Made by a program: the position numbers and the translations under genes. The notes below the pieces were generated by a model, which searched no databases, had not been told where the DNA came from, and saw only the letters and a program-made list of their open reading frames with translations. A stretch of 64,000 bases of DNA from the human T2T-CHM13v2.0 reference genome, Homo sapiens. Of the stretch, positions 50,129-64,000 are shown piece by piece. The stretch spans positions 38,400,001 to 38,464,000 of the forward strand of contig CP068257.2 of assembly GCA_009914755.4 (NCBI GenBank), given 5' to 3'. Position 1 is the first letter of the stretch. The number at the start of each line of letters is the position of its first letter.

Positions 50129-51344
50129 CTGGGGAAAGAAAGTTAACATTAGTACATGGTAAATAACTCATTAACATTCACTTAGGCATTTATGACAAAT
50201 ACTCTACAGTCAGATCAGAACAGTCATTTTGAAACACAATCATATACCCAGCTCACTACTAATGACCTAGAGTTTCATGGAGTCCTTATTTCTTCTAAAT
50301 GGGACTTTTAAAATGTATTTTATTAATTACAAAAATATCAACATAACTATCCTATGATTATAACATTCTCAGACATCTACTAAATGTTTTATTCCAACCT
50401 ACAGTCACTTCTAGGAAATCCAATTTTATTTTCAGTAGTCAGAAAATTAACATTTTGAGGGTATATCATTTACGTTGAACAAACCCATGCTTTTTGTTAT
50501 CAAAATATCAGAAGTAAGTGGCATTATTACAGAGCTCTGAGCTCCTTGGGTTGACCAAAGAATCGTATAAATGAAATATAAATGTTCCTGGAAACTTAGA
50601 TGTTTATTTTGAATTCAGAAATTAAAAAAACTTTATTTTTTTTTTCTCTGAGCACATTGTTTACCAAGACCGGGTTACCACTCTTGACAGAAGGAATCCT
50701 GACTAAAAGTGTAGGAAAAAAAAAATCCCTTTTTTTGGTGGTGTTATTTTGAAATTCCCGTTTCCTTTAAAATATAATTTATTCTTTTTACACATTTGGT
50801 CCTGGCAAAAATGAATGTTTCCTTACTTAGAGCACAAAAACCTTCTTTTTGTTTTTATTTCATTGCTCTCTAAAAAGTCTTGATGCTAAGTATACTGTTC
50901 AATGAACAGAACTTTCCGGAAATGGACTCAGCTGACAGTGTGACCAGCTCTGCAGTGAAAGTATACGTATGTGGGAGCATTTCCATCTCATGCCTTTGGG
51001 GGCTGACAATTAAACGTAGTCAGTTTCTGCACAGTGGGCAGCATGCTATTTCTGAAAGACGTGGACAGTCACAGAATGACCACGTAGAGGCTGTCCTTGC
51101 CATGAGCCAAGCTTAGTTCGTTAAGTTGGCCAGTCCCAATGGTAACCCCAAGATGGGGCCTGGTTTTGTGCACAGATGGGTTCAGCCTGGGCAATGAAAC
51201 AGGGCCCATATACTCCACCCACACAGCAAAGAAAAGAAATCAAAATAGGATTGGATTTCCCAGTTCATGTCTTTATATTTATCTGCAAAGACACAGTAAA
51301 TATAATGAATTTCCTCTTTCCCTGAATGATTTAACACTTACAAA

Positions 51345-51435
51345 GTATATATATATATATATATGTGCTTATATATACTTCATGTATGTATATATATATA
51401 CATACACACACACACATATATATACACATACATAT
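51345..51435. repeat. (TA)n/(CA)n compound microsatellite
   Basis: tatatatatatatatatgtgcttatatatacttcatgtatgtatatatatatacatacacacacacacatatatatacacatacatat. Confidence 0.9.
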
Positions 51436-54400
51436 AATGCCAGAAGCCTGGACTTAATTAGCTCCAATGAACTACCAAGCAGTGGCTGGTACAATACTCT
51501 AAAAAGGGGGAAACAAATTCAAGGAGTAAACATCCCACTTCAGTTCACACTTGAAAGAGTTCTCAGCCTCAATTGTCTTCTGATCAACTGCTTTCCTCAT
51601 TCTGCCCGCCACAATAATCTCTCCTTTTCCTATTCTCGGTCAGTCATCACAGCTCTCTCCTATGAGCTGTTCATGGCAATGTACTAAGGAATTGCGGAGT
51701 CCAGCAGGGAGAAAAGAGCTCCCCACAATGACTGCCATGCCGACAGCAGACCTCTCTTGGCTGCCACGTGCAGGCATCCTCCCCAAGGCTAAGGTCTTTC
51801 ACAGGTCTAGATGCCAAGGGTTGACCGTTTGGGTCAACCCTTCCCTAAACCTAACACTGACCCCACCTTAAAGGAGCATGGGACGTGGGGAGCTTTGCCA
51901 TGAACGGGCAGTGTGCTCCATGCAGAGAATTCACATGCATCGGAATTATGAGCCCATTTGAGAAGTAAAGTCTAGGTCAATTTGACTGGACAGAGAAGTT
52001 GCCAGGATGGTGGTCTGGTGCACAGTCTAGACATTAAAGAGCTAAGGAGATGTGACTTTGTATTACTGACCTGAAAGCTTCTACCTGGGCCAAAGGGAGA
52101 GAGGAAAAAGGAGGGCAGAGGTGGGTGGTGGATGGGTGTGGGTGCTGTGAACTAGCATCCACCAGGCAATCCAGAATGCTCTGAATGTGGAGGTGGGGGC
52201 CTGGGACTTGTTGAAAGCTTCTTAGTCCTTAGTCCAAGTGAGAGGCTCTGGGCATTAGAGAAGAGAGCCAGGGTTATGTGGGTAACATTATAATGTGAAG
52301 ATAGAGGAAATCTGTACGAATCAGAGTCCTACCAGGTGTACAGTGGGACAAGGAGGAGTTGCAGGGAGTCCAGGAAAAGGGCAAGATTTGGGATATGCAG
52401 AGCTGGATGTAGTAACATGAGTGACAGGAATGGACTAGAACAACATGGAAGCAGCAATCTTGGGAGAGACTTGTCTAGTTTCAATATCGGGGGACATTAG
52501 GTGAGGCTGTTCAGAGGCAAATTTGGAATCAAATTTGGAAAGATGCCAGGGCTGAGATGAGGGTCTGGGTGTTTTTCATATCCCCATAGAGAGAGTGCAA
52601 AAAGAAGATGGCAAAATCTCATCTGGGACACACTTTTGTTGAGGGTGAGAAGAGAGTCTGAGACAAGCCAAGAAAAAAATTTAAAGTCCCGGAATCACAG
52701 AATCTTAAGAGCAATAAAGACTTTTCAGATTGGCCACCTAATGAATGTTGGAATCCCTTTCACAATGTCTTACACAGACGTACACATATTCTCTGTCTGC
52801 ATGAATCCAGAGCTGGGGCCACTGCCACTCCACGGTTGGGGTCGGTGCTCCTGCTGCACACCTAGTGTCCTTCCTCTCCTCCCAGTACTCTCCTGCCTTC
52901 CAGGTCTGCAGGTCTCTCCCAGCCAGCATGTCCCCAGGGGAACCTTTGTTTTTTCTCTTCTCAGTCCTAATCTCACTTATTAGTCAGCATCCTTACTGCT
53001 GGTGTGCCCAACACTGATACCCACACTGCAGGAAGGGTGAAGACTGGAATCCATCTTACTGAGTGATACCTGTGCTTTGAAACCTTCAAAGGGACCTCAC
53101 TGCAACAGCCCTCATTAGCACAGAGAACCCACCTTCCGTGCTGGTCCAAGCTGTCATCCGGCTCCGCTGCCGCTCACTTGTAACCTCCAACCTCTCTCTG
53201 AGTTTCCTGCACTTGCCACTTTCTGCAGAGAGCCCAAGACTTTGCTAGTGCAAAGCCGTCCATCGTCCCCACCGCCCCATGCAGACGCAACTTGCTCCGT
53301 GTACCCTCCCATGCCCAGTAGGCAGGGGTGAAGCTTCGGTTCCCTCCGCTTCCCTGGACCTCTGCCTTATATCTCAGACAGCCCTTCCCAGCTCATACTG
53401 TGCCCACCTGTTTTCGGGTTGTCTTTCTCTTGGCCCTTTTGGGCACAGTCCTGTCCCTGATCCATAGTGAAGCTGCACAAAGATTTCCTGAGGACACATT
53501 TAATTGTGAGAGACATCTTCCTTTTCTTGTGCAGAAATTCCTTGATGTAATTTTAACCTGAAGTCATTTGCCAGCTGTTCAGATATTTCCATGTAGCTGC
53601 ATTTCCCTTGCTTGGCCTCAGCTTTCTCTTTTCTGGGTTACATTCTCTAATTTTCTCAGCCACTCCTCATACGGAATGATTTCTAGGTAATTCCCTACTT
53701 GGGAATCTCTTCTTTGAAAGGTTTGTGATTTTTTTATTTCTCTATAAAATGAGGCTGAGAAAGACGCTGGTAATTCTTGATCTTCTAGCACACTAGGGAG
53801 AGCACAATGCTCATTATACGTGTTGCAAATGAATTTTTTTTTACAACTTCTATAGAAGACTTCACAATTATTCCTATTAAACTGTATCTTCTTGCTTCCA
53901 GCCTTTCAAAATCTCTTAAAATGTGGATTTGTCCCTCTAATACATTAGCTTCCCCACCAGGATGTATGTGGCCTCCAAGATTGGATTAGCCTGCCCATGC
54001 TTTCAGCTACATCCTGGTGTACCCTTATTAATCAGCCCTGTCAAAATGCAAATGGAGTTTGTCTGGGCCCCTGGTGGTCCCTTCCCTTCCCTGATTGCTC
54101 ACAAAACATCCTTTCTATAACCTCAACTAACTTATTTCAGTCTATAATGTCCAGAATTAATCTATTGTTGTTGAAAATGGGTCCAGGGTCTAGATGCTCT
54201 TTGACTTACGATTACCTCCTGATGAACCCATCATCAATTGAAAATATAATTAAGTCAAAAATGCATTTAATATGCCTGACCTACCAAACATCAGGGCTTA
54301 GCCTAGCCTATCTTCAACGTGCTCAGAACATTTACCCTACCCTACAGTTGGGCAAAACTATCTAACACAGAGCTTATTTTATAATAAGGTGTTGAGTATC

Positions 54401-54920
54401 TCATGTAAAAATAATGGATCACATATCACTAACCCAGACAAAGATCAAAATTCAAAATACAGTTTCTACTGAATGCATATCATTTTTGCACCATTGCAAA
54501 GTCAAAAACTCCTAAGTTGAACCATAGTAAGTCAGGGACCATCTGCATAATCATTTTCTAACACCTCTAATTTACATTTGATTGTTCAAAGGTTATCCAG
54601 AAAGATCTTGGGGTTATGTCTGGAAAAATTTTGTTCAGAACCCTAAAATGTTATCCTTCAGAATCATGGGACTGGAACCCCATGACAGCTTCCCTAATTT
54701 TTTAAGTGGTGGAGATCTTTCCTTTCAGTGAAACAGCACAGCATTTATTCTGTCTGCATTAGGCTGCTTACGCTTTGGAACTTGTGTAATAGTTCTTTGT
54801 AAACATTGTCTGCAAAAAGCAACATCTCCACCTCCACATAATGGCTAATACAGAGTATGTTTTGAAAAAAAATAAATCCTTTTAAACTATCAGGGTGCTG
54901 ATTATTTTCATAAGCATCCT

Positions 54921-55010
54921 GAGTTTCTCCCTTCCCCTCCCCTCCCCTCCCCTCATTCCCTCCCTCCCTCCCTCCCTCCCTCCCTCCCTCCCTTCCTTCC
55001 TTCCTTCTTT
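54921..55010. repeat. (TCCC)n/(CCTT)n polypyrimidine microsatellite (pyrimidine on the plus strand)
   Basis: tctcccttcccctcccctcccctcccctcattccctccctccctccctccctccctccctccctcccttccttccttccttc. Confidence 0.9.
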
Positions 55011-56005
55011 TTATAATTCCTGGTCCACGTTTTCTGATTCAAATAGCATTTCTCCTGGTACACATCAAGCAAAGCAGATGCTGAGCAGCTCTCCTGTCTA
55101 CCTGCCATCTGTTAATATGAGAACATTGTTCACAGCCTTGTTCTTCTTGCCCAAACACAGCTAAACAGCCCTTGCATTGCCTGTCACATTTTTTCCCACA
55201 CATTTCAGATCAGCCTGAGATTCAGACTTCGCGACATCTTTTCTAAAGCCGCTTGCTACTCCCACACTTCCATCCTTGGCTCTGGGCTCCTCCCTTATCT
55301 GTTGGGCTGGGAAATGATGGAGAAATGATACCAGGATAATCTAGTGATATTAAAATGTGGAAGGAAGGAATTTCAAAAAACAACATTTGCTAACACTCTG
55401 AATGCTGCAAAGAGGGCTAAAAAATGATGGCTGAAAGGATAATTTGGAGATCAGAGAATAACTGGTCATCTGTCTTCAGGAGAACAGTTACATTTGGGTG
55501 GCGAGTGGAAGGGGACTGTGGGAATTTGGGAGTAATTGAGAGGTAGTGTAGCTGAGGACAGAATACTCTCAAGTATTCAGTGGAGAAAAGAATCAGAGAG
55601 ACAGTAGGATGAAGATATGCAAGCTAGAAGGAATATGTATATGTGCCTCTCTCTGTATATAATATATACATATTTAAAATATAATTAGGGGAAGGCTGAA
55701 GGGTAGTGAATATCGAAATACAAAATCAATAGACCAAGTATTTTTGATGGGCAAACATAAAATTATATAGTAGCTATTGATACTGTGTTAATACATCTTC
55801 TAATTCCAGGTATAATTGATAAACCTTTAGAGCTTACTTAATATTGATGAGACAACCTGTTTCTTACTTGAATATTCAAAATCCTGCAGAAGTTTCATGG
55901 CAAGAGGAGTAGGGTAGGGAGATTGATCTGAACTCTCTTCTAGCTCTGCCTGGACTCATATGTGATTCTGGATAATTCTATAGCTGGCCTTCAGTTTTCA
56001 CGTCA

Positions 56006-56347
<342 letters not shown>

Positions 56348-57371
56348 TCATAATGGGCAGTTCATACTCAACCATTTTGCATGGCTATTGAGAGACTAAG
56401 GCAGGATGGTGTATAGTGAAGTACTATGGAGAAGAAAGAGGAGCGAAACAATGGGAAGCATTAGTAGCCTGTGGATTAGTACATGGTTAGATCGAGTTTT
56501 GGGAAATGGCACCTCTGGTTGGATGAGGAGGCTCCCAGCTTGGTCTTGCCCAGTTCCTGTGTTCTGTTTGTAGACCACAGCTTGCATCCTGGGGTTGTGC
56601 CTGGCATGAAGGTGCACATCAGCAAGGCAGAGCATGACACAGCATGGCGTGGGAGAGTGCCCACCATGGCCCCAGGCACTGCAGCTGTGCAAAGCTTGAG
56701 AGGCTGAACTGCCTCACATTTTGCACACTCAAATGCTTCTTTAAAAAAGAGAAATCTTGTTTATAGCCACATGGCTACATTTTCATATCTGAAGTTCTAG
56801 TTACGTAAAATGGAAGACGCTTAGGTTAATACTTCTACTGGGCAGTCACTTGCAGATATCCACAAAAAAACTTTCTGAGGGTGGCAGATTTTGACCTTAT
56901 ATTACCATCCATCAAAAGGTTTTATTTGCAGCCTCTCCCTCAACAGTCCCTGCCTTTCTGTGGAATTGAAATAGTCTCATAAAGTAGCTATTTTTGCAAG
57001 GGCTATAAACCTGCATTTATGTTTTTATAAGATCCCAAATAGGACTTCCAATCATCACAATGCTCAGATGAAAGCTAATTTGAAAACTGTGGCAGACATA
57101 TATTAAAAAAAGAAGGCCATATATACTGGTAATCTGAAAAAACTGCATGCACAGACACAGACAAAATAGGACACCCAGGCAAGGCAGAGCTCCAGGGCCC
57201 GGCTGAGACCCACAATCCCCTCCTGACTACCCACTCCCTGGCTCCCCTCCACTGGTAGCCCTCGACTCCCCCTCACCCCCATGCTCTTTTGCTTCCCGCT
57301 GTCAGATGCAGAGAGCCTTTTCTATTCAGTTTGCCATAACAAGTTTGATGTTTTAAGAGAATAATTTCATT

Positions 57372-57680
57372 AAGAAACCAAGACAGAAAGAAAGAGAGAG
57401 GAAGAGAAAGAGAGAGGGAGAGAGAGAAAAAAGGAGAGAGAAGGGGAAAGGAAGGAAGGAAGGTAGGGAAGGAGGGAGGGAGGGAGGGAGTGAAGGAGGG
57501 AGGGAGGGAGGGAAGGAGAGAGAAGGAAGGAAGGATAGAAGGAAAGAAGGAAGGTAGGGAAGGAGGGAGGGAGGGAAGGAGGGAGGGAAGGAGAGAAAAG
57601 CAAGGAAGGAAGGAAAAGAAAAGAAAAGAAAAGAAAAAGAAAGAGAAAGAAAGACAAAGAGAAAGAAAGAAAGAAAACAC
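57372..57680. repeat. Long (about 310 bp) purine-only (GGAA/GGGA/GAAA/GA)n tract on the plus strand
   Basis: aagacagaaagaaagagagaggaagagaaagagagagggagagag...ggaaggagggagggagggagggagtgaaggagggaggg...aaaagaaaagaaaagaaaaagaaagagaaagaaag. Track ORFs 57273..57735 on the minus strand are translation artefacts of this repeat. Confidence 0.9.
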
Positions 57681-59520
57681 AAAGCACAGAACTAAAGAGT
57701 TTCAGAGTACAGGCTTCTAATGCCATCTTAGCCACACTTGGTAACGAAAGCTCTAGGGTGCATGTGTGCTACTCATGCATTAACAATGTGGGCTTCCCAC
57801 ATTCAGGGTGGCTTTATGCATTAGTGCTGGGGCATCTATTGAAACTTTGAGTCTATCTCAAGTCTGAGTGTCACTGGGTTCCTGGATGCACATTCCTGCT
57901 TTAGGTTAGTAAAGTTCAAGTTACCTTTTGGTTTTCCAGATGAGGGGAGCTTTGGGCTCATTTGCAGAGCAGATAAATGTCCTGTTAGTACTCAGAAAAT
58001 AACAATGATTTCTCATAACCTACCCCTTAATCTGCCTGCATAGCACCATGAACCCAGATCCTCTCTGGGAACAGTCTCTTCCGGAATTGATCAGTTTTGT
58101 AACAATCCATTTCAAAGCATGTTTAAAATAATAAACACATTTCCATTCAAGAGAAGCAAGACACTCTGCCACAAAAGCATGGTCAAATGTGACATCACTC
58201 ACTGATTTTTATCTTTAGCTTATTTGAAGTCCTGCAGGTTGACCCACACTAACTGGTGCCAACAGAAGCTTGTGCCTTCTTGCGTAAATGCGTACCAAAG
58301 GAGGAGGCTTTTAGAAATATTGGAGTTGATTACTTGACACGGGATCACATTTTATAAGGTTAGGGCTGCTGGGATCTCAGGCCCAACCAGTGACTCACTC
58401 TATAACCTTGCACTTCAAAGGATCTAGAAGTTCAAGAAAAACCAGGGCATCATTAAAAGCAAAATGCGGCTCCTGAACTCCTGGATAAGGTTATAGATTT
58501 AAAAAAAAATGTGGGCACTTGCAGGCAATTTAGAGTTTAGGAGGTCGCCATGCTCTAAAATTAGTAAAGTACTCAGGAAGAGAGAATATAGGTTGACGAC
58601 ACTGCTAGAGTCCCATTTTCTTTCTTTCTTTCTAAAATTTTACATAAAATAACATTATATTATATTCATCTAACTAGGTTACTTGTCTATACAGTAAAAC
58701 ATACTCAGCTTATAAACATTTTTGCTGTTTCTAGCAATTGAAAAATGTGATCAATTTCAACCATATAAAATTGATCCCACCTAATCACTCTAAAAACATC
58801 CACTGGGGATCCCTATAATATTTTTCTATAATTCAAATCTCCTTATTTCCATTTTTGATCCTGATAGATGGTTGCTCACGCAACACTGACATGTTACTAG
58901 AAATGTTGTCCTTAATTTTGACAATCAAAATATTCTGTCTGTAGAGTCTGTAAATATATTTGAACTTATTCTCCCAGAGGCACAGAGTCTGTACCTTATG
59001 TGGGTTCGCTTGTTATTGGGTGATTCGACTAATGCACTCCGGATATTTAATAGACAGGCACCTATTCCTTTAAACTCTGCAGCTGCAATTTCCCTCCATG
59101 AGTGAGTTGAAAATACTTTGTATCATTAATGAACATTTCAGGGCCCTGCAGGGCTAAGAAACAAACGTCTTTCTGGGGCAATGCCTGACCTTTCATCGAT
59201 TCCCCTTTACCACCCTCACCTCTGGCGCTGTCCTTTTATGGCAGTGCTTTGCACAGTTACGGAGATGAGTCTGCCCCTTGCAAGCCTTGACCCACTGCCA
59301 CTACAATGTCACCTTTATAGTTCTGAGTCTTAGAAATCTCTTCTCTCTCTAGGACCTGGCTAAACTCTTGTGATCAAATAGAAATGGTCAACCAGCAAAT
59401 GTTACCACTAGTTTAAAAAAAGGTTCCATCTTGCACCTGGTAGATAATCTACAGTGGTTTGTCAAACTGAATTTATTGCAGTGTGTCTACATTAAAACTT
59501 GCCATTCAGAAGTGGTGTGA

Positions 59521-59865
<345 letters not shown>

Positions 59866-62159
59866 TCTCCTGTCAGATTCTTGATTTGAGAGAACCCTTT
59901 ATTAGCCATGTACAAAATGCCGAACTGCAGATACCTTTGTGCCATGGCAAGCTACTTTTCTGAAATCCTTTGCTCCTTAACATCTCTTAGTAATACTCCC
60001 TCTTTCCCTCAGCACTTACTTTCTTCCTACTGAAACCTTTGTGTTGGATTTACCTTTTCCCCAGAACATAGAAATCAAAACTATTTCCGGAGAATGAAAG
60101 GCCATGTTCTCTGAGGTGATAGACTGCTGTCTTTACCAAAACCAACTGCAAAACACTAGTGTCTGGAAGCAGGGAGGCCAACAATAAAAATGCCAGCCCC
60201 AGGATGTTTTCTGGAGATAGCCCTTGTACAGCAACAATTAAATTACAAGGAACTACTAAGAATACAAATACAGGGTGCATGGGTCATCATTTCAACCCAA
60301 AGGCCTCACTCAGTAAGAGCCCACAGCACCTTTAACTGGAGGTGCTCTCAGCGAGAGGAAATGCACAGCTGGGGTGCTCAAGTTCGAAGGTGAGTAGGAA
60401 AAATAAAATAGTAGCTGAGAAGGATGGAGAGCAATAGGAGTCAGGGAAAAGAAGAAAAAGTGAATTTGGCGAGGGTGTAGACCGATGAGAAGCATTACCT
60501 AGATGCTTAACTCTTGTGATTAAATCAAAATCATTAATAAGAAATATTTACTATTGGTTTTTAGAAACATCATACAGACAATGTGCAGCCTTCTAAATGC
60601 AAGTAGTTAGACATAGTTGTCTAATGGTAACAAGGAAAGACACCCTTGGTATCTCATAATAATTCTCCTAAAGTCCAGGCCACTGTGAACAAGGGTTATG
60701 AAAACATCCTTTTTGTGTTTTAGTGATGAACTGAATGGAATTCAACATGGTCCACATTATATGGAACTTCTCACCATAATGGGCTGTATTATACACTTGT
60801 AGTTCTGTTTTACTTAGCACTGAAGTAGCCTCCCTTTTCCTCTCCACTTGGGATTAATCCGTCCTTCTTTTTCACTGATGCGGTCTTTCTTTGAAGCCCT
60901 ATTTCTGTATTCATGACATGTTTTGTCTTTCACTGGTAGCTGCTTATGGGCCTACCTCCTACCTTAAACCTAGAGTTCAGAAAGCTCTTTCTTCTCATCT
61001 TTGTGTATTAAGCACCTAGCATTCACTCAAGTAATGTCTGCAAAATTAAAAGATAATTGGTTCGCACGATTGCGAAAGAACATTTCAAGGAGACTGATGG
61101 CTGACCTGAATTATTGGGCTGCAGGAGATTTACATGGACAGATTCTTAATTGTACAGATGAAGTACAATGTACTTCAGAATTGTAATTTGTTGGCAGAGC
61201 AAAAGCAAGTTGATAGTGAAATGTACCAGAATTCCATAAAAAGCAGTGCTTTGGTGCTTTGGATAAGTGAAGACAGGTGAAAATATTACCATGTTCTCTG
61301 CTCTAAGTGGATTATGGTCAAATTAAGTATTTACAGAAGAGGTCAACGTTTTCTAAATGTATCAGTAAAGTTTGGGATATGTTTTGAGGAGAGAGTGCTT
61401 CCAGATTTGTACTTTGAACATAACTTTGAAACACACATAGGATGCTGCATAGCAGTATCCCACACTGCACTGATATTAAAATGAAAATCCCTTGTAATAC
61501 ACGTTACCGAAAAAGTGGCTTAGTTAAACACCCTCACTGGTAAAGGGCAAAGGACCTGGGAACACGTCTGCACAGTTTCATATTTGAAATAACTCCCTGT
61601 CCTCACATTGCAGAGCAAGGGCAAGTAAGGGCTCTTGGCCAGAAGCTGAGAACAGCCTCATCACAGAACGACACGGGGCTGGACATTATAATCATGGTGT
61701 CTGTTCACAATGGAGCTCATCTGGCCTGGCTTCTCCAGCCTTCATTATGTTTTTGCTACATTAGAGTGAAACTCTTACACTGGGCTTCAGCTCCCGTTTC
61801 TAATTTGGGATGGCATGTGTCCTCTGCCTCACAATGCTTCACCAGTATCCTAAGCCCTCAATTTCCACTTCCAGTCAGTCAAGTAATTCTCATTCCCAGA
61901 GCAAATCTGATAGATCTTTTCATAGAAAGCCACAATTGGTGGCTTTGCTGGACCCACTGAAAATTTAAGAGACTAGAGTTAAAAAATTAATTTTCCTTGC
62001 ATACCAACAGCTAGGATTTAGGGGACAGGTTGGCTTTCACCTGATTTCTGACCGAGATAGGAACATTCTTATTGCTCTTCCCTGAGGCTCTGCAGTCTCG
62101 CTGAAGGAATGTCAGAGAACCAGGCAGTGGAGGGACCTGGGTTAAAGAGGGAAGAGTCA

Positions 62160-62459
<300 letters not shown>

Positions 62460-64000
62460 CTATTAATGAAGACGGCATGGCGGAGCTTTTAGGGATGACA
62501 GGTTATAAAAATCGCGCTGTGTGATCCAAGGGTGTTGGAGGTGATGAGAAATGAAAAGAACTCTGTCTCTAGGCCCTGGCTAACTTTTTTTCTTATTTAT
62601 TTCCCTCCCTCTGCCTGAACTTCCAACTTATTCTATAGTGCACGTTTGAAAAGGACTTCATTTTGCAATGCACTACAGTGTGCAGGCACTTGAAAGCATG
62701 AGGCCCAGGCTTGGTGCTGACAAAAGCCACATGCATCTACCCAGAATTAAGTGTTCCCTTGACTGTCACCCACAGTACAATTGATAGAGACTATTCGAAA
62801 AAATTGCACATCAAAGAATGAACAAAAGGTTGGGCAAATGGACAGAAGCGCGTGTGCAGGGAGAGGGTCCTAGATACACTGGCATAAAGAAACTCAAATC
62901 CCTTGTGATTAGGTAATTTGCTGGCTTTTATCGCAGGTGTAAGACCAAATCTACTTCAACAGCTGTGGTTTGAGGGTACAAGAGCTACAGACAGCTTTTC
63001 AAAGGGGACCCAACTAGGTTTCTAAAGGAGCCTACTTTTGATCAGGCATGGTTAAATAGTGCTACAAAATCTAGATTATTTCGAGTAATAAGGAAACACT
63101 GAAGGAAGATGAACTCTGAGCTATCTTAAGCTGCCTTCTATCCAGATGCTCAGTACCGTGGGTGCAGAGATCTAAACACAGGCATCCACTTTTTATGAGG
63201 TATATATTTTGCTACCCTCCATTATATAAGATGCTCCACGCCACTGCACTTTCCATGTACAACAAGGGCCAGAAAGTCAGCACTTCAGGAAAAGAGAATG
63301 CAAAAATAATATAATTTCTCCCTCAGCAAAACGGTCTTTATCCTGCATTTAGTAAGCAGAGCAGGGATAATGGAATCCTCGTTCCTCTGTGATCTCTGCT
63401 AAAGCTGAGAAGAGTGTTCTCCCAACTTTAAAGTGTTTTTGTGGAAGCCCAAGTCTCCAAATGCTTAGAAATTCAGGAAAGAGGCACTTACAGGATGCCC
63501 ATGAAGAGGGGTCTGCAAAACCAAGACAACACTAGGTCAAGCAGAAACATTCGGCTAAGGAAATGGCAGAAGAAAGAGTGAGATCATTAAATGGAGGACT
63601 CTGAAACCTGAGTGGTATGAATGTAGGCTGCCAATCTTGGCTTTCTCAAGATAACAAAGTTCTTCAGGCAGATGTGACAATAGAGGCTATCCATTCATGA
63701 GACTGGTCCAAAGAAATCTGTAATCTCTCTCAAGGAAAATATAAATATGCAGCCATATTTCTTAGTGTAATAAAGTGATTTCATATTTCCAAAACGTAAA
63801 GGTAGCTTGCAGCATTTTTCAAAATTTGGGATCTTGGATAAAGTGAGAAAATTATATCTTTTCTTAGAAGACAAACATTTAAAATCCGCAGAACACTTTG
63901 TGAATTAGAATCACAGTTTCAAATTCTACACGAGTAGTTTCTAATTAAATCATTAGCTGTGAGCATATCATCAGTGTGCACATTTAAGCTGGGTGCCCAG

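Noticed and set aside
57273-57735. Three overlapping minus-strand ORFs rich in L, S, P and F (…SLPPSLPPSLPSF…).
   Set aside because: Pure translation artefact of the 310-bp (GGAA/GGGA)n purine microsatellite.

Overview
This 64 kb window is human (primate) nuclear DNA, AT-rich and dense in Alu and L1 repeats. It is not a prokaryotic or novel-system locus; I found no sign of an undescribed biological system. It contains the 3' end of a large minus-strand gene that I identify as DSCAM (Down syndrome cell adhesion molecule, 21q22.2). Seven minus-strand coding exons can be delimited by splice signals, exon phase and unusually high CpG content. They run from the transmembrane exon at 62255-62431 to the terminal coding exon at 248-600, with the stop codon at 248-250 and the 3'UTR continuing beyond the window start. 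The ORF track misses a 31-nt microexon at 50098-50128 and a 116-nt exon at 42954-43069. The seven exons reconstruct a 396-aa cytoplasmic tail ending in ...[11 protein letters not shown], a class-I PDZ-binding motif. This matches my recollection of the 2012-aa DSCAM protein. The last intron, about 29 kb, holds two full-length, mutually inverted (head-to-head) young L1PA elements: 9992-16099 on the minus strand and 20436-26540 on the plus strand. Each has its own target-site duplication and its own distinct 3' transduction. Both share the same inactivating lesions at the ORF1 start and have fragmented ORF2s. Other content: about 11 Alu elements, several with clear TSDs, including very young CpG-rich AluYs and an Alu-in-Alu nest; a THE1/MST-type solo LTR; and several microsatellites and long purine or pyrimidine tracts. 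There is also a candidate spliced plus-strand exon (19512-19621) in the spacer between the two L1s, possibly part of an L1 antisense-promoter-driven antisense transcript. The ORF track appears to accept TTG and GTG as start codons and print them as M (the 248-586 minus ORF begins at a TTG), so most short ORFs in it are spurious.
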